From assembly GCF_016432865.1 (NCBI RefSeq), contig NC_067402.1:218922001-218986000 (forward strand): a stretch of DNA of 64,000 nt. The letters are read 5' to 3'. Positions 1 to 11,671 of the stretch are shown one piece after another. Made by a program: the position numbers and the translations under genes. Below the pieces are notes generated by a model. It made no database searches. It saw nothing but the letters and a program-made list of their open reading frames with translations, and had not been told where the DNA came from. The stretch's first letter is position 1, and the number at the start of each line of letters is the position of its first letter. This DNA is from Antechinus flavipes (taxonomy: Eukaryota).

Positions 1-130
1 TTACTTGCCATCTAGGAGAGCAAGTGGGGGGAAGGATGGGAAAAATTGGAATACAAGGTTTTACAAGGATCAATGCTGAAAAATTATCCATGCATTATGT
101 TTTGAAAATAAAAACCTTTAATTTAAAAAA
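1..130 (+). mobile_element. 3' end of an old marsupial L1 (3'UTR tail and A-rich end)
   Basis: cttgccatctaggagag...aaataaaaacctttaatttaaaaaaa resembles the tail of the young L1 at 20990-21120 (cttgccatctaggggag...aataaaaagttatttaaaa). Confidence 0.65.
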
Positions 131-134
131 AAGT

Positions 135-3100
135 TTCCCACATTTATCATGCTACATAAGAAAAATCAGATCAAAAAGGGGAGAAAAAAATCGAAAGGAA
201 AAAACCAACCAAGCAAACAACAACAAAGGTGAAAATATGTTGTGATCCATGTTCAGTCCCCATAGTCTTCTCTCTGGATGCAGATGGCTCTCTCCATCAC
301 AAGTCTTTTGGAATTGGCCTCATTGTTGAAAAGAGCTGAGTCCATCACAGTTGATCATCACATAATCTTGTTGCTGCTGTGTATAATGTTCTTTTGGTTC
401 TACTCAGTTCACTTAGCATCAGTAAGTCTCTTTTTTGAAATCCTCTAGCTGATCATTTTTTATAGAATAATAATATTCTGTTACATTTGTATACCATAAC
501 TTATTCAGCCATTTTCCAACCAATGGGCATCCACTCAATTTCTAGTTACTTGCCACTACAAAAAAGGGCAGCTACAAACATTTTTGCATATGTGAGTCCT
601 TTTCTCTTTTATGATCTCTTTGCAATGTAGAGCCAGTGGAGACATTGCTGGATCAAAGTGTATGCACAGTTTTATAGCCTGGGCATAGTTTCAAATTGCT
701 CTCTAGAATGTTTGGATCAGTTTAACTCTACCAATAATGTATTAGTGTCCCAGTCTTCCCACATCCCCTCTAGGTTTATCATTATTTTTTCTTGTCATCT
801 TAGCCAATTTGAGAGGTGTAAAGTGGTATCATAGAATTGTCTTAATTTGCATTTTTCTAATCAATAGTGATTTTTTCATATGACTAGAAATGGTCTTTAA
901 TTCTTTCATCTGAAAATTGTCTGTTCTTATCCTTTGATCATTTATCAATTGGACAATGACTTGTATTCTTTTTATAATTTTGAGTCAGTTCTTTGTATAT
1001 TTTAGAAATGAGGCCTTTGTCAGAAACCTTGAATGTAAAAATTTTTTCCCACTTTTCTGCTTCCCTTCTAATCTTAGCTGCATTGGATTTGTTTATACAA
1101 AACCTTTTAAATTTAATATAATCAAAATTATCCATTTTGCATTTCATAGTGTTTTCTAGTTCTTCTTTGGCCACAAATTCTTTCTCCACAAATCTGAGAG
1201 AGAAATTATTTCTTGTTCTCTTAATTTGCTTATAGTGTCACTTTATGTGTTTAAATCATAAACCCATTTCAACCTTATTTTGGAATAGGGTATTAGGTAT
1301 TGGACCATGCCTAATTTCTGCTGTATTATTTTCTAATTTTCCCAGTAATTTTCATCAGATAGTGATAGAAGCTGGAGTTGTGGGGTTTATCAAACACTAG
1401 ATTACTATAATCATTTACTTTTATATCTTGTGACCCTAATCTGTTCCATTGATCCTACTACTCTTGTTTCTTAGCCAATACCAAATGGTTTAATATATAC
1501 TTTATAATATACTTTTAGATCTGGTACAACGAGGCTACTACACCTTTGTTTGCATTTTTTTTGTTAGTTCCCTTGAAATTCTTGACCTTTTGTTTATCCA
1601 AATGAATTTTGATACTATTTTTTCTAGCTCTATAAAATAATATCTTGGCAGTTTGATTGGTATTGATTAAATAGATTTAGGTAGAATTGTCATTTTTACT
1701 ATATTAGCTCAGTCTACTTATGAGCAATCAATATTCTTCCAATTGTTTAGATTTAACTTTATTTTTGTAAAAAGTGTTTTGTAATTGTGCTCATATTGTT
1801 CCTGGATTTGTCTTGACAAGTAGACTCTCAAATATTTTGTATTATCTAAAATTATTTTAAGTGGAATTTCTTTTTCTATCTCTTGCTGCTCATCTTTGTT
1901 GTTAATACATAGATGCCAACCCCATTCATTGATCTCTTCTTCTCTATTTTATGCAAGTAAGCATCTAAAGATATAAAACTTCCCCTAAGAATACTGCTTT
2001 GTCTGCATCCCATAAATTTTGGTATGTTGTGTCATTATTGTCATTTTCTTGGATGAAATTATTGATTGTGTCTGTGATTTATTGTTTTTCCCACTCATTC
2101 TTTAGGATTAATGTGTATTTAGTTTCCAATTAATTTTTTGTCTATTTTCCCCTGACTCTTTATTACATGTAATTTTTATTGTATCATGAACTGAAAAGGA
2201 TGCATTTACTATTTCTGCCTTTCTGCATTTGATTGTGTGCTTATATGTGGTAATTTATGGTCAATATACTACTGAGAAAAAAATTATATAACTTTCTTTC
2301 CCCATTCAGTTTTCTCCAAAAGTCTATCATTCCTAACTTTTCTAAAATTCTATTTACCTTCTTAACTTCTTTCTTGTTTATTTTGTGGTTCAATGTATCT
2401 AGTTCTGATAGAGGGAAGTTGAGATTCCTCTACTAGTATAGTCTTGCTGTGTATTTCTTCAAGCAGCTTTCTTACCTTCTCCTCTTGGTATTTGGATGCT
2501 ATATAACTTGGTGCATATATGTTTAGTATCGATATTTCTTCATTATCTATGGTACCTTTTAGCAAGGTGTACTTTGCTTCCTTATCTCTTTTAATTAGAT
2601 CTATTTTTACTTTTGTTTGATCTGCTTTAAATGTCTTTCTTGTAAACAACATATTGTAGGATTCTGGCTTTTAATCCAGTCTGCTATCTGCTTCCGTTTT
2701 ATGGGAGTGTTCATCCCATTCACATGCTCAGTTAAAATTAATAACTATTTCTTGCCATCTTTTTTTCCCCCAAGTTATATTTTTCTCTTTCCTTTCCCCC
2801 TTTCCCTCCTCACTAGTGTTTTGCTTCTGATCACCATTTTCCTTAATCTGCCTTCCCTTTTATTCAGGCCCTTTCCCCTTTCTTATCCCATTCTCTTTCT
2901 ACTTCTGCCCTCCCTTCTATTAGCCTCCCCATTTCCTTCCCTATAGGGTGAGATAAGTTTCTATGTCAAAGTAAATATGTATGATATTCCTTCTTTGAGC
3001 TAAATCTGATGAACTTAAGGTTCAAACAATGCTCATCGCTCTCCCTTCTTTCCCTCAGCTATAATAGGTCTTTTTTTTGCCTCTTCATCTGATGTAATTT

Positions 3101-4690
3101 ACTTCATTTCACCTCCCCTTTCTTCTTCTTCCCATTTAATCCCTTTTCCCTCCTAGTTTCCTTTTTATATCCTCACATTAAAGTCAAGTAAAGTCATCCT
3201 CTAAGTATACCCTAGCAAAGATTCAGTTCTCAAGAGTTACACTTATCAATCTTCTCTCTCAGATTTGTGGAGAAAGAATTTGTGGCCAAAGAAGAACTAG
3301 AAAACACTATGAAATGCAAAATGGATGTATATTATACATTTTTCACTTTAAAAAAAAAGGGTTTTTTTCCTTCCTTTTTTAACTTTCTTATGCTTCTCTT
3401 GAGATCTGTTCAGCTCTCATCTTTTCATCAAAAATAATTGAAAATCCTCTATTTCATTGACTGTCCATCTTTTCTCCTGAAAGACAATAGTTTTGCTGGG
3501 TAATTGATTCTTGGCTGTAATCCAAGCTCCTTTGCCCTTTGGAATATCATAATCCAGACCCTTTGATCCTTTAAATAGAAGCTATTAGGTCCTGGGTAAT
3601 CCTGATTGTGGCTCCTCAGGATTTGAATTGTTTCTTTCTGGCTGCTTGAAATATTTTCTCCTTGATCTGATAATTCTGGAATTTAGCTCCAGTATTCCTT
3701 GGTGTTTTAATTTTGAGGTCTCTTTCAGGGGAGTGATCAGTGGATTCTTTCAATGGCTATTTTACTCTCTAGTTCTAGGATATTAGGGCAGTTTCCTTGA
3801 TGATTTCTTGAAAAATGTTATCCAGGGTCTTGTTTTCATCACTGTTTTCAGGTAGTACAATAATTCTTAAATTGTCTCTCCTAGATCTGTTTTTTTTCCC
3901 AGTGAAGTATTTTACATTTTCTTATCTTTTTTTGGTTTTGTTTGATTCTTGATGTTTCATTGAATCATTCACTTCCATTTCTCCAATTATAATGTTTAGT
4001 GAATTGTTTTCTTCATTTAGCTTTTGCATTTGGTCAATTTGTGCTTTTAAAGGAGTTATTTTATTCATTGGATTTTTTTTTTTCCATTTCACCAGTTCTA
4101 TTTTTTAAGGGGTTGTTTTCTTCAGACGATTTCTGTGTCTCCCTTTCTAAACTCTCTTACTAAGTTCTCTTTTCCTTTCCCCATTTTTCTTCTAACTCTC
4201 TTTTAAGATCCTTTTTGAATTTTCCTAAGAGAGCTTTTTGAGTTGGAGACCAGTTCATATTCCCCTTTGAGACTTCATCTGAAGTCATTTTGCCTTTTAG
4301 TGCCTTCAGGGTTTGAGTTCTGTTCTTCCCTTCTCCATCCATAATAACTATCTATAATCAGAGCTCTTTTTACTTTTTTATTTATTTTCAAAGGGAGCAT
4401 AGGGGAGATTGTCCCGAGCTTCCTCTAGAGGGCAATAGCAGCTTCATGCTGCTTCCCCACTGGGCTGGATGGGCCTGGCCAAGTCCTGCTTGTTATGTTG
4501 GGTTCAAGGGCTCACTATTTGCCTTCTGTGCTTGTGCTGGAGGTCTCACAGCTAGTCTGCTGATCCGCTGGCTTCTGAACTAAGACAGTGTAGCCAATGC
4601 TACTGTACTTTGGCTAAAAGTCCTCCTGCTCTCAGGGCCTCTCCACCCTGGGTTTCCCTATGCTGCAGCTTCGCTGAGCTGTGTGTGTGT

Positions 4691-4763
<73 letters not shown>

Positions 4764-4930
4764 ATACCTGACTGAGACAGACCTTTCCTGAAGTCCTTTC
4801 AAGATATCTTCTGCTGGAAATTTGTTACACTCCAAACATTTGTGGGTCCTCTCACTCCAAAATCCATTCAGAGATTTGATCTAATGTTGATTCTGAGGGA
4901 AGCAGGAAGAGTTCAAGGCAAAATCCTGTG
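135..4930 (-). mobile_element. Old, decayed, internally deleted LINE-1 in a TIMELESS intron (3'UTR, ORF2 C-terminus, ORF2 endonuclease, ORF1 and 5'UTR remnants)
   Basis: Minus-strand ORF fragments match L1 ORF2: 938-1189 MKCKMDNFDYIKFKRFC...EKIF and 2362-2652 KRDKEAKYTLLKGTIDNEEISILNIYAP (endonuclease). 4160-4342 is ORF1-like. The element ends in gtcatcttggct, similar to the L1 5' end. Many stops and frameshifts; the RT core is missing. Confidence 0.8.
4681..4760. repeat. (GT)n microsatellite, about 40 units
   Basis: Direct reading; one GT>AT interruption. Confidence 0.98.
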
Positions 4931-5863
4931 TACTCTCTGTCATCTTGGCTTTGCCCCACCATGAAATACTATTTGTAAAAATTGTTTAGCACAATGCCTG
5001 GCATATAGTATGTGCTTTAAAATAACAATAACAAAAAAAAATCTTCCAAAATATACACATTAGGAAGAACAAGTAGCTGGATGAAGAATGGACTGAAGAT
5101 GGAGGAGACAGAGAAGAATTATCTAAAAGAGGCTATTTCAGGAGTCTAGAAGAGTAGTAATGGAAGTGTGTGTTTAGTTCTAGGAATAAGAAAAAAAAAT
5201 GTGAACAGAAAGAGAAGATGGGGGGGACAGAATAGGAGAACATAGGAGTTATAAAATTTGGAAATCAGTTGGATACAAGAAATAAGGGAAAGGAAACAGC
5301 TAAACAAAACATCAAATTTGCAAATGTGGGAGAGTGGGTAAATACTGTTGATTGAAATAGTGAAATCAGAAAGGGGAATTTAGGAGGAAAGATTTGGGAA
5401 AGAATGCTCAGTTTGGGATTGGTAGAATTTGTGATTCATTTTTTGCTAGAGAAGGCCAGCGGGTTTGGCCTGAGGGCCACAAGTAGAGATGAGGGATTGG
5501 CCTTATCAGGGAGTACACATACCAGAGGGAAGGAAGAGTCTAGGTGATGATACTGGGAAAAGGCAAGAATGGAGTTAGGGGTATTAGGGAGAGGGTGGTC
5601 TCCTCAGATGGCTTCAGTCTTCTCTGTAAAGTAAGGACATAAGTCAGCTTGTCTGAGATATGGTCAGGGTGCAGGTGAGAAGAAAAAGTTTGGAAGAGTG
5701 AATGTGGAAAGACGGATTAGAAGGATTATTCAGAAGCAGGTGGAGCTCATTTTCTGCATTTTGGGAAGCAGCAGGATCTGGTCAGTGTCTTCTAACAATT
5801 ATCTGGTCTCATTCTCTAACATCTGGTGCCCCTCGATCACTCTACCTCTGTCCCTTTCTACAG

Positions 5864-7588
5864 ATGTCCTGGGTAACATCATGAAGAACATCACAGCTAA
5901 GCGCTCACGGGCCCGGATAGTAGAGAAACTTCTGTCCTTGGGGCTAGTTGCAGAGCGGCGGGAGCTGTACAAGAAGCGCCGGAGGAAGCCTGCGACTGCC
6001 AGTCTTGTAAGCACATCTTGGTACTGCTTCCACTTGAGCCCTCTTCATTTCATTCTTGGCTATTCCCACATCTTCCAGTGAGGAGGGCAGGATCAGAAGG
6101 TCCGACTTAGTACTCTCAAGCTGCCTCTACTCCTTATGTTCTAGCCCAACTTATGCCTGCTTCCTTCCAGCTGGATGGAAAGGATCCTCTGAAGGACTCT
6201 GACCAGGAGGATCCGGAGGAAGAAGAAGAGGAGGATCAATTGCTGGAGGAGGATAGTGAGGAGGATGAAGAAGGCCCAGGGGCTGAAGCAGCTCAAGGCA
6301 CCCCAGGCCACATATCCCAAAGCCTTAGGCAGATCCTGCAAGACGAAGGTGAGGAGACCAGGAGCAAGGGTTTGGGGTTAGAGAGACTGGGGTGGAGGAC
6401 CCCCAGATCATCATTTTCCCTTTACCTCCTCAGACTTCTCTGCCCCTATCCAGTGGCTCCAGAACTGCCTGATTCGAATAGCTGAAGACCGGGAGGAAGA
6501 TGGTGAGTGGGAAAGGTTGGGGGATTTGAGGAGGAAGGGACTGAAGCCTTCCAGGAACATGATCAGGGACTAGAACAAAGAGGGGACAGGCTTTCTCCCT
6601 CATCTAGGTCTGTCCCTTCTGTTCCTAGGCTGCAGCCAGGCAGTGCCCTTGGTGCCTCTGACAGAGGAGAACGAAGATGCAATGGAGAATCGGGATTTCC
6701 AGAAGCTGTTGAGAAAGCTGGGGATTCGGCCTCCAGCCTCAGAACAGGTGAGCTTCATGGCCCATTGGAGGACCAGACTGGGGACTGGTGGTTTTCTTGT
6801 CCTCCCCATTGCAACTTTTGGCCTTGACTTCCCTGATCACTTAGGAATCTTTCTGGAGAGTTCCAGCCAAGTTGAGTCCTGCACTGCTGCGGAGGGCGGC
6901 AGCTTCTTTGAGTCAAACAGGGCCTGAGATACAGTCTGCAGACTGCCCAGAGCAGGGGCCCAGGAAGGAGAAGCCTGCACAAGCCCCAGGATCCCCTGTG
7001 ACGGCCAAAAAACGGAAGATTGCTCTAGAATCAACAGGTAACAGGTCTGGGAGTAGGGGACTGGCTGGGGGCACTAAAGCAGCAGGCAGAGCCTCATCCT
7101 TACTGGTGCTCCTCATTGGGTCATTTCAGAGGGAAAAACTGAGGAGGAGCCATCGAGTTCTGAGTCCCAGAAGCTACAACTACTAGACAGTGATGAGGAG
7201 CAGAAGGATGAAAATGAAAACAAAGGTTGGGTGGAGAGGGTCTGTGTGTGTCTGTCTAGGCATAATATTTTCCTCTTATTCTTATTTTTAATTACACTGT
7301 GTCTGTGCTTTGGGATAATACCTTCCTTCTGTTTTCCTTCTCTATGACTGTGTGTGTGTTTGTGTGTCTAAGTGTAAAATACCTCTCTCTTGTTCTCTTT
7401 CTCCATTACCCTATGCATGTGTGTCTGTATGTAATAGCCTCCCTCCTATTCTTCCTCTTTGTCACCATCCTCAATTATCCTGACCATTTTCCTTCTCTTC
7501 AAATCTCATAGATACTGATCCAGACTCCCCTGAGCCCCCAAGGAGCCACAAGAGGAGAAGGTTTCTGATTGAGGATGAAGATGACTAA
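5864..7588 (+). CDS. TIMELESS: Protein timeless homolog, 3' part (last 7 coding exons; the gene starts upstream of the window)
   Basis: Exons 5864-6006, 6171-6348, 6434-6502, 6629-6747, 6845-7037, 7130-7225, 7512-7588 (TAA). All introns GT-AG with continuous phase. Peptides [88 protein letters not shown] and FLIEDEDD* match the human TIMELESS C-terminus. AATAAA at 7854-7859. Confidence 0.96.
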
Positions 7589-8456
7589 GAAGCTGCTTTG
7601 ATGTGACATGGGAGGGTGTCCCAGCACTGGTTCCCACAGCTACCTTCCAGGAGCAGCTCCGAATTGCTGGGGCAGACTGGCAAAGGGGACAGTGGGTGTG
7701 TCCTTTGTTCCAGTTTCCTAGGGTAACAGGCTCTGCCCTTTTCTTGTCCTTGGTTATCTGCCTTGGCCCAGCTTTGGAACTTTGGGGTGGGAGTAAGAAG
7801 GGCAATTTATAGATACTTCTTGTTTTGTGCTTTATTATAAAATTAAAGCATTAAATAAAAACCTGCTTCTGTTGGCCTGAATCTCAACACCTTTTACTCT
7901 TTGTCCAGGCTTCCACATATATCTTAGTTGAAGTGACAGTGACACTGTCAGGGTCTTTCTGTTCCATGCATACCCAGCTCTCAGGGAGTCCAGGGACCCT
8001 GAATCCAATGAAGCTCACCATGACTGTTGGCAGGAGGGGGAATGATGTTACAGGACACAGTGACAGAGAAAGAGAAAAGGCATTTGTCACTATAGCAACA
8101 AGGGCAAAGGTCCAAGTCCAGCCTGCAGAGAAGGAACTAAGCCATATCTTTTTTGACCTCTTGAACCATCTGCTTCCCACAATCTACTGACTTTAGCTTT
8201 TGTAGGAGCTAGGAGCACAGAAAAATAGGCAGTTAGACCTAAGAGAGTCATTTCTCAAGCTTTTTTTTTTTTTTTTCTCCAGAGACAGGCTTTTCTCATA
8301 AATCCTCAGGGATGATACAATGAGTGGAACAAGTCTCAGGTGCAAGTCCCAGGAGAGATGGGATAAGAACAGAGCCTAACTATGACCTGGCAAAATTTTA
8401 TCTTGCCATTTCCTTATCTGACCCTACTTGACTCCCTACCTTTTATTTTTCTTCAG

Positions 8457-9118
8457 CAGGACTGCCTCAACCACCATCCTTCTGGCCCAGATTCAGCTTT
8501 GTTTTGCTATATCTTACTATATCAACTGATTATCACTACAATGAAAGCCATAATAGAGACTCTCACCTCTCCTCCTGTCTCTTTCCAATAATATGCTGGT
8601 GACATTCTCTAGCCAACCCCAATCCCCAAAGTAGGATCTCCTATTTGAATTTCCCAATTTGGATCCTTGATCTGACACAAAGTGGCATGAGTTGTGACTA
8701 AGGAGGAGGTTTTTTTGTTGTTGTTTGCACCGTGGCTTGAATTTTTTTGACTAAGAGGGAAGGAAACCATTGAGACTTTGGTCCTTGGATTCTAAGATGT
8801 TGGCCAGGCTTGATATGACCCTACTCTATAGCTCCTAGGCAAATTTCAATTGAACTAGGGAGTATTCATTGGTTACCTGTCCTTCCAGAGGACTCATGAA
8901 TCTGAGTAGATGATTTATCAAATCAAACTGCAGGCGTGTGAGTTTATCTTGTTTCAGTTCCCATAGATCCCAAAACCCATTTCTGGTCTTTTATCTTTCC
9001 ATCCTACCCAAGAGTTTTCATCTGAGGCTTGAAGTATCATATAATGTCTTAAAATTTCCTGAATTAAAGACTATGATAATGTGCCAAGCTGATCAAAAAG
9101 TCCTGGCCAAGCCTTCTC

Positions 9119-9120
<2 letters not shown>
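8457..9120 (+). pseudogene. APON: Decayed apolipoprotein F-family paralogue, probably apolipoprotein N (APON), with multiple stops and at least one frameshift
   Basis: The acceptor region ccttttatttttcttcag|caggactgc resembles the APOF exon-2 acceptor cctttatattcttctctag|caaggctgc. One frame gives ALFCYILLYQL (signal-peptide-like; APOF here has MLLCGFLLYPV), then LRGKETIETLV (8751-8783; APOF RLGGVKATETLL), then L*LLGK (8826-8843; APOF LQLLGR). After a frameshift comes LEVSYNVLKFPELKTMIMCQADQ (9028-9096), resembling mouse ApoN LEKVYTQLAKSPELKNFTLSVEDQ as recalled from memory. The position matches mouse Timeless-Apon-Apof. Confidence 0.7.

Positions 9121-9168
<48 letters not shown>
9121..9168. 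repeat. (AC)24 microsatellite
   Basis: Direct reading. Confidence 0.98.
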
Positions 9169-9171
<3 letters not shown>

Positions 9172-9954
9172 CCCTACATTCCCTCTAAGACTTGCAGCTG
9201 ACAGCCTTGGTGAAGAATACAGTCCGTTTATTTTCTTAGATGAAATACAGACTATGAAACAAATAACCCGATGAGGATGAGGAAGCAGAAGCTCTAAATA
9301 ATTTGTAAATTTTTTTTTAATTTTTTAATGAATTTAATTAACTAAAATTAAAAACTAAAAATTAAGTTAACTAAAAATAAAAAATCAACTAAAATTAAAG
9401 GATCTAAGAAGCTCTAGAATGGGGAAAGAAATATCCTGGATTCATTGACAACTTATAGTAAATACAGGCTGTTGATTTAAGACCTCATACCTAACCAATT
9501 CTGTTTTGTCATTTTTCCCCTTAATTTCCAGACCCTTCTTTTGCCTAGGGCCTCATTCACTCATTAAGCAAATATTGAGCATATACTGAGTATTTAGTAT
9601 CTTTACTAGTATCTTCTAGTGCTTTATAATTAGATGGAGGAGACTTTAGGTCCTTAAAAATTATATTGCACTAGAGATTACAAATATAACACCAGTGATT
9701 GTTTGACTGAGGACCAGCCTAGAAACATTTGGAGAGTCTCAAACCAATCTTTTATCTTTCATAATGTCCATTTCATAGACTTCTCTGAACCTGACCAGGA
9801 ATGTTGGGATGTGGGTGGCAAATGAATAGCAAGGAAGAGGAACTGTTAAGTAAAACACTTTTTTCTAATTCAGAAGCCATAACAGTAGTTTGTCTTTATA
9901 CTTAACTTTATACATATTCCTTTTGATCCTCATTGAAAATAACAAACATAAGAA

Positions 9955-10260
9955 TTATTATAACTACCATGCACCAGGCACTATGCTAAGGATTTTACAA
10001 ATATCCCATTTGAAAATATTATCTCGCTTGATCTTCCCAGCTAGGTAATTGCTCTCATTATTCCCATTTTACAGTTGAAGAAAGCAAAGGTTAAATGACT
10101 TGCCCAGAGTCACACAGCTGTCTGAAGCTGGATTTGAACTGTGGTCTCCCCAACTTCAGTGCTGTCTCCAGGGCACCATCTTGGTATTGTTCCCAATATA
10201 CTGATGAAGAAACAGGTTCATGGCAGTTAAATAAATTGTTAAATATCACTGAGTTCAGAA
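9955..10260 (-). mobile_element. MIR/CORE-SINE fragments
   Basis: cccattttacagttgaagaaagc...aaatgacttgcccagagtcacacagct...ggatttgaact is the MIR core in reverse orientation. Confidence 0.7.
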
Positions 10261-10319
10261 AAGAATAAGACTTGGACTCCAAACCTCTGGCTGCATATCT
10301 AGTTCTGTTCACTTGCCTA

Positions 10320-10490
10320 CAACACAAAGGGACAAGGTCTGACATGGTGCAAGATAGACAAATATTTGCAGTGACCATTTCTCTTGCCAGTCTTTGGGAT
10401 AGGATAGGAAGAGCAGGGGTATGTGAAGTCCAGGATAGAAGAGTCATAAGACCTACAAAGGAGACCAACTGTCACTCTTGAGCAGGTAGG
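10320..10490 (+). promoter_or_regulatory. Putative APOF hepatic promoter and short non-coding exon 1
   Basis: DR1-like AGGGAC-A-AGGTCT at 10328-10340; FOXA-type palindrome CAAATATTTG at 10359-10368; donor CAG|GTAGGT after 10485, pairing with the acceptor at 10747. Confidence 0.45.
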
Positions 10491-10774
10491 TTTCCTTTTG
10501 TCTCTTGTGCCAGGAGAAACGATTCTTTAGCTTTCCATAGTCAAAGACAAAGATGAGACCAGGAGAAATGGTAGGGGAGCGTAAATTTTTGAATAACTAG
10601 TCCAAAATTTTCAGCCTTGGCCATTAATAGCAAGTTATAGAGGTGGAGGTTGTACTATGGATCAAATTGTCCCCCATCTGAATCTGAATACTTTGTGACT
10701 TTAGCCAGAAAAGAATAGCTTTGTGTCTCCTTTATATTCTTCTCTAGCAAGGCTGCAGTCCACTACTCTCCAAA

Positions 10775-11671
10775 ATGTCTGTATTGATGCTTCTGTGTGG
10801 CTTCCTGCTATACCCAGTAACTGCAGCTGGATCCCAGCCAAAGACTCTACCTCCCGGGCCTCCGACCCTGGACCCCCAGGCGCCCATTGTCAACCCCCTT
10901 TCCTGTTGGGACTTGTTGCCTGAATCTCTTCCCGATTTCAACCACCTAGCCCCTCTGCCTAGGTACCTGATTAGCCTGGCACTGTACATACCCCTGGAGC
11001 AAGCTGGCTGTCCAACCGATGCCCATAACCTTCGGCAGCAGCTCAATAGGTTGGGGGGGGTGAAAGCCACAGAGACCCTCCTCCAACAGCTCCAAGGCCT
11101 GCCAAGGGACAAAAAAGACAAGAAGTCTGACTGGGTCCTGTTCTCCATTCTGCAGCTCCTGGGCAGGAGAACGGAGAGGTTGGGAAGGTCAGGGAGGATC
11201 ATCCGCTCACTCTCCGCCACAGATTGTGTCTCTGAGAAGGAACAGCGAGTGCACAGTATCATCCAGTTCTTGCCACAAGTGGGAAGTTACTATAACCTTG
11301 GTACAGCTTTCTATTACGCTGCCCTGAATTGCACAGCTCAGGCCTGGGAGCGAGGACAGGAAGCGGGACTGGACCTAGGCTATGATTTCCTTGTGGGACT
11401 GATGGGAGTAGTGGGGGGCCCTGTAGGGATAGTGGCTGGTGTAGTACTTAGACCAGTGGTCAAATCTGAGGCGCGGAAGCTGATCGAATATTATTACAGA
11501 AATAAGGAGATGGGAAGCACAGATCAAAGCTGGCAGGAGTGGGGAATCACCCCAGAAACCGGCGGCCGCTGGAAGGAAGACTATGGGGTGAGCAGCGGCA
11601 AACACGTGGCTGACGAAGTGACAGAAGCCACCTCCCTGTGGAACTGGAGGTCATTCAAGATCTGGGGATAG
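10775..11671 (+). CDS. APOF: Apolipoprotein F precursor, 298 aa, encoded in one exon
   Basis: Signal peptide MSVLMLLCGFLLYPVTA; propeptide with PLSC...LAPLPRYLISLAL...AGC...LGG; convertase-type site RIIR|SLSATDC; mature region EKEQRVHSIIQFLPQVGSYYNLGTAFYYA...ERGQEAGLDLGYD matches human APOF. Syntenic between TIMELESS and STAT2. AATAAA at 11802-11807. Confidence 0.93.
   Translation: MSVLMLLCGFLLYPVTAAGSQPKTLPPGPPTLDPQAPIVNPLSCWDLLPESLPDFNHLAPLPRYLISLALYIPLEQAGCPTDAHNLRQQLNRLGGVKATETLLQQLQGLPRDKKDKKSDWVLFSILQLLGRRTERLGRSGRIIRSLSATDCVSEKEQRVHSIIQFLPQVGSYYNLGTAFYYAALNCTAQAWERGQEAGLDLGYDFLVGLMGVVGGPVGIVAGVVLRPVVKSEARKLIEYYYRNKEMGSTDQSWQEWGITPETGGRWKEDYGVSSGKHVADEVTEATSLWNWRSFKIWG

Noticed and set aside
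7884-8190. Overlapping 98-aa (-) and 85-aa (+) ORFs after TIMELESS
   Set aside because: They use non-ATG starts and resemble nothing I recognise; the segment is more likely the promoter region of the APON-like pseudogene.
10744-11262. 172-aa minus-strand ORF
   Set aside because: It is the antisense shadow of the APOF coding exon, with no recognisable domain or promoter.
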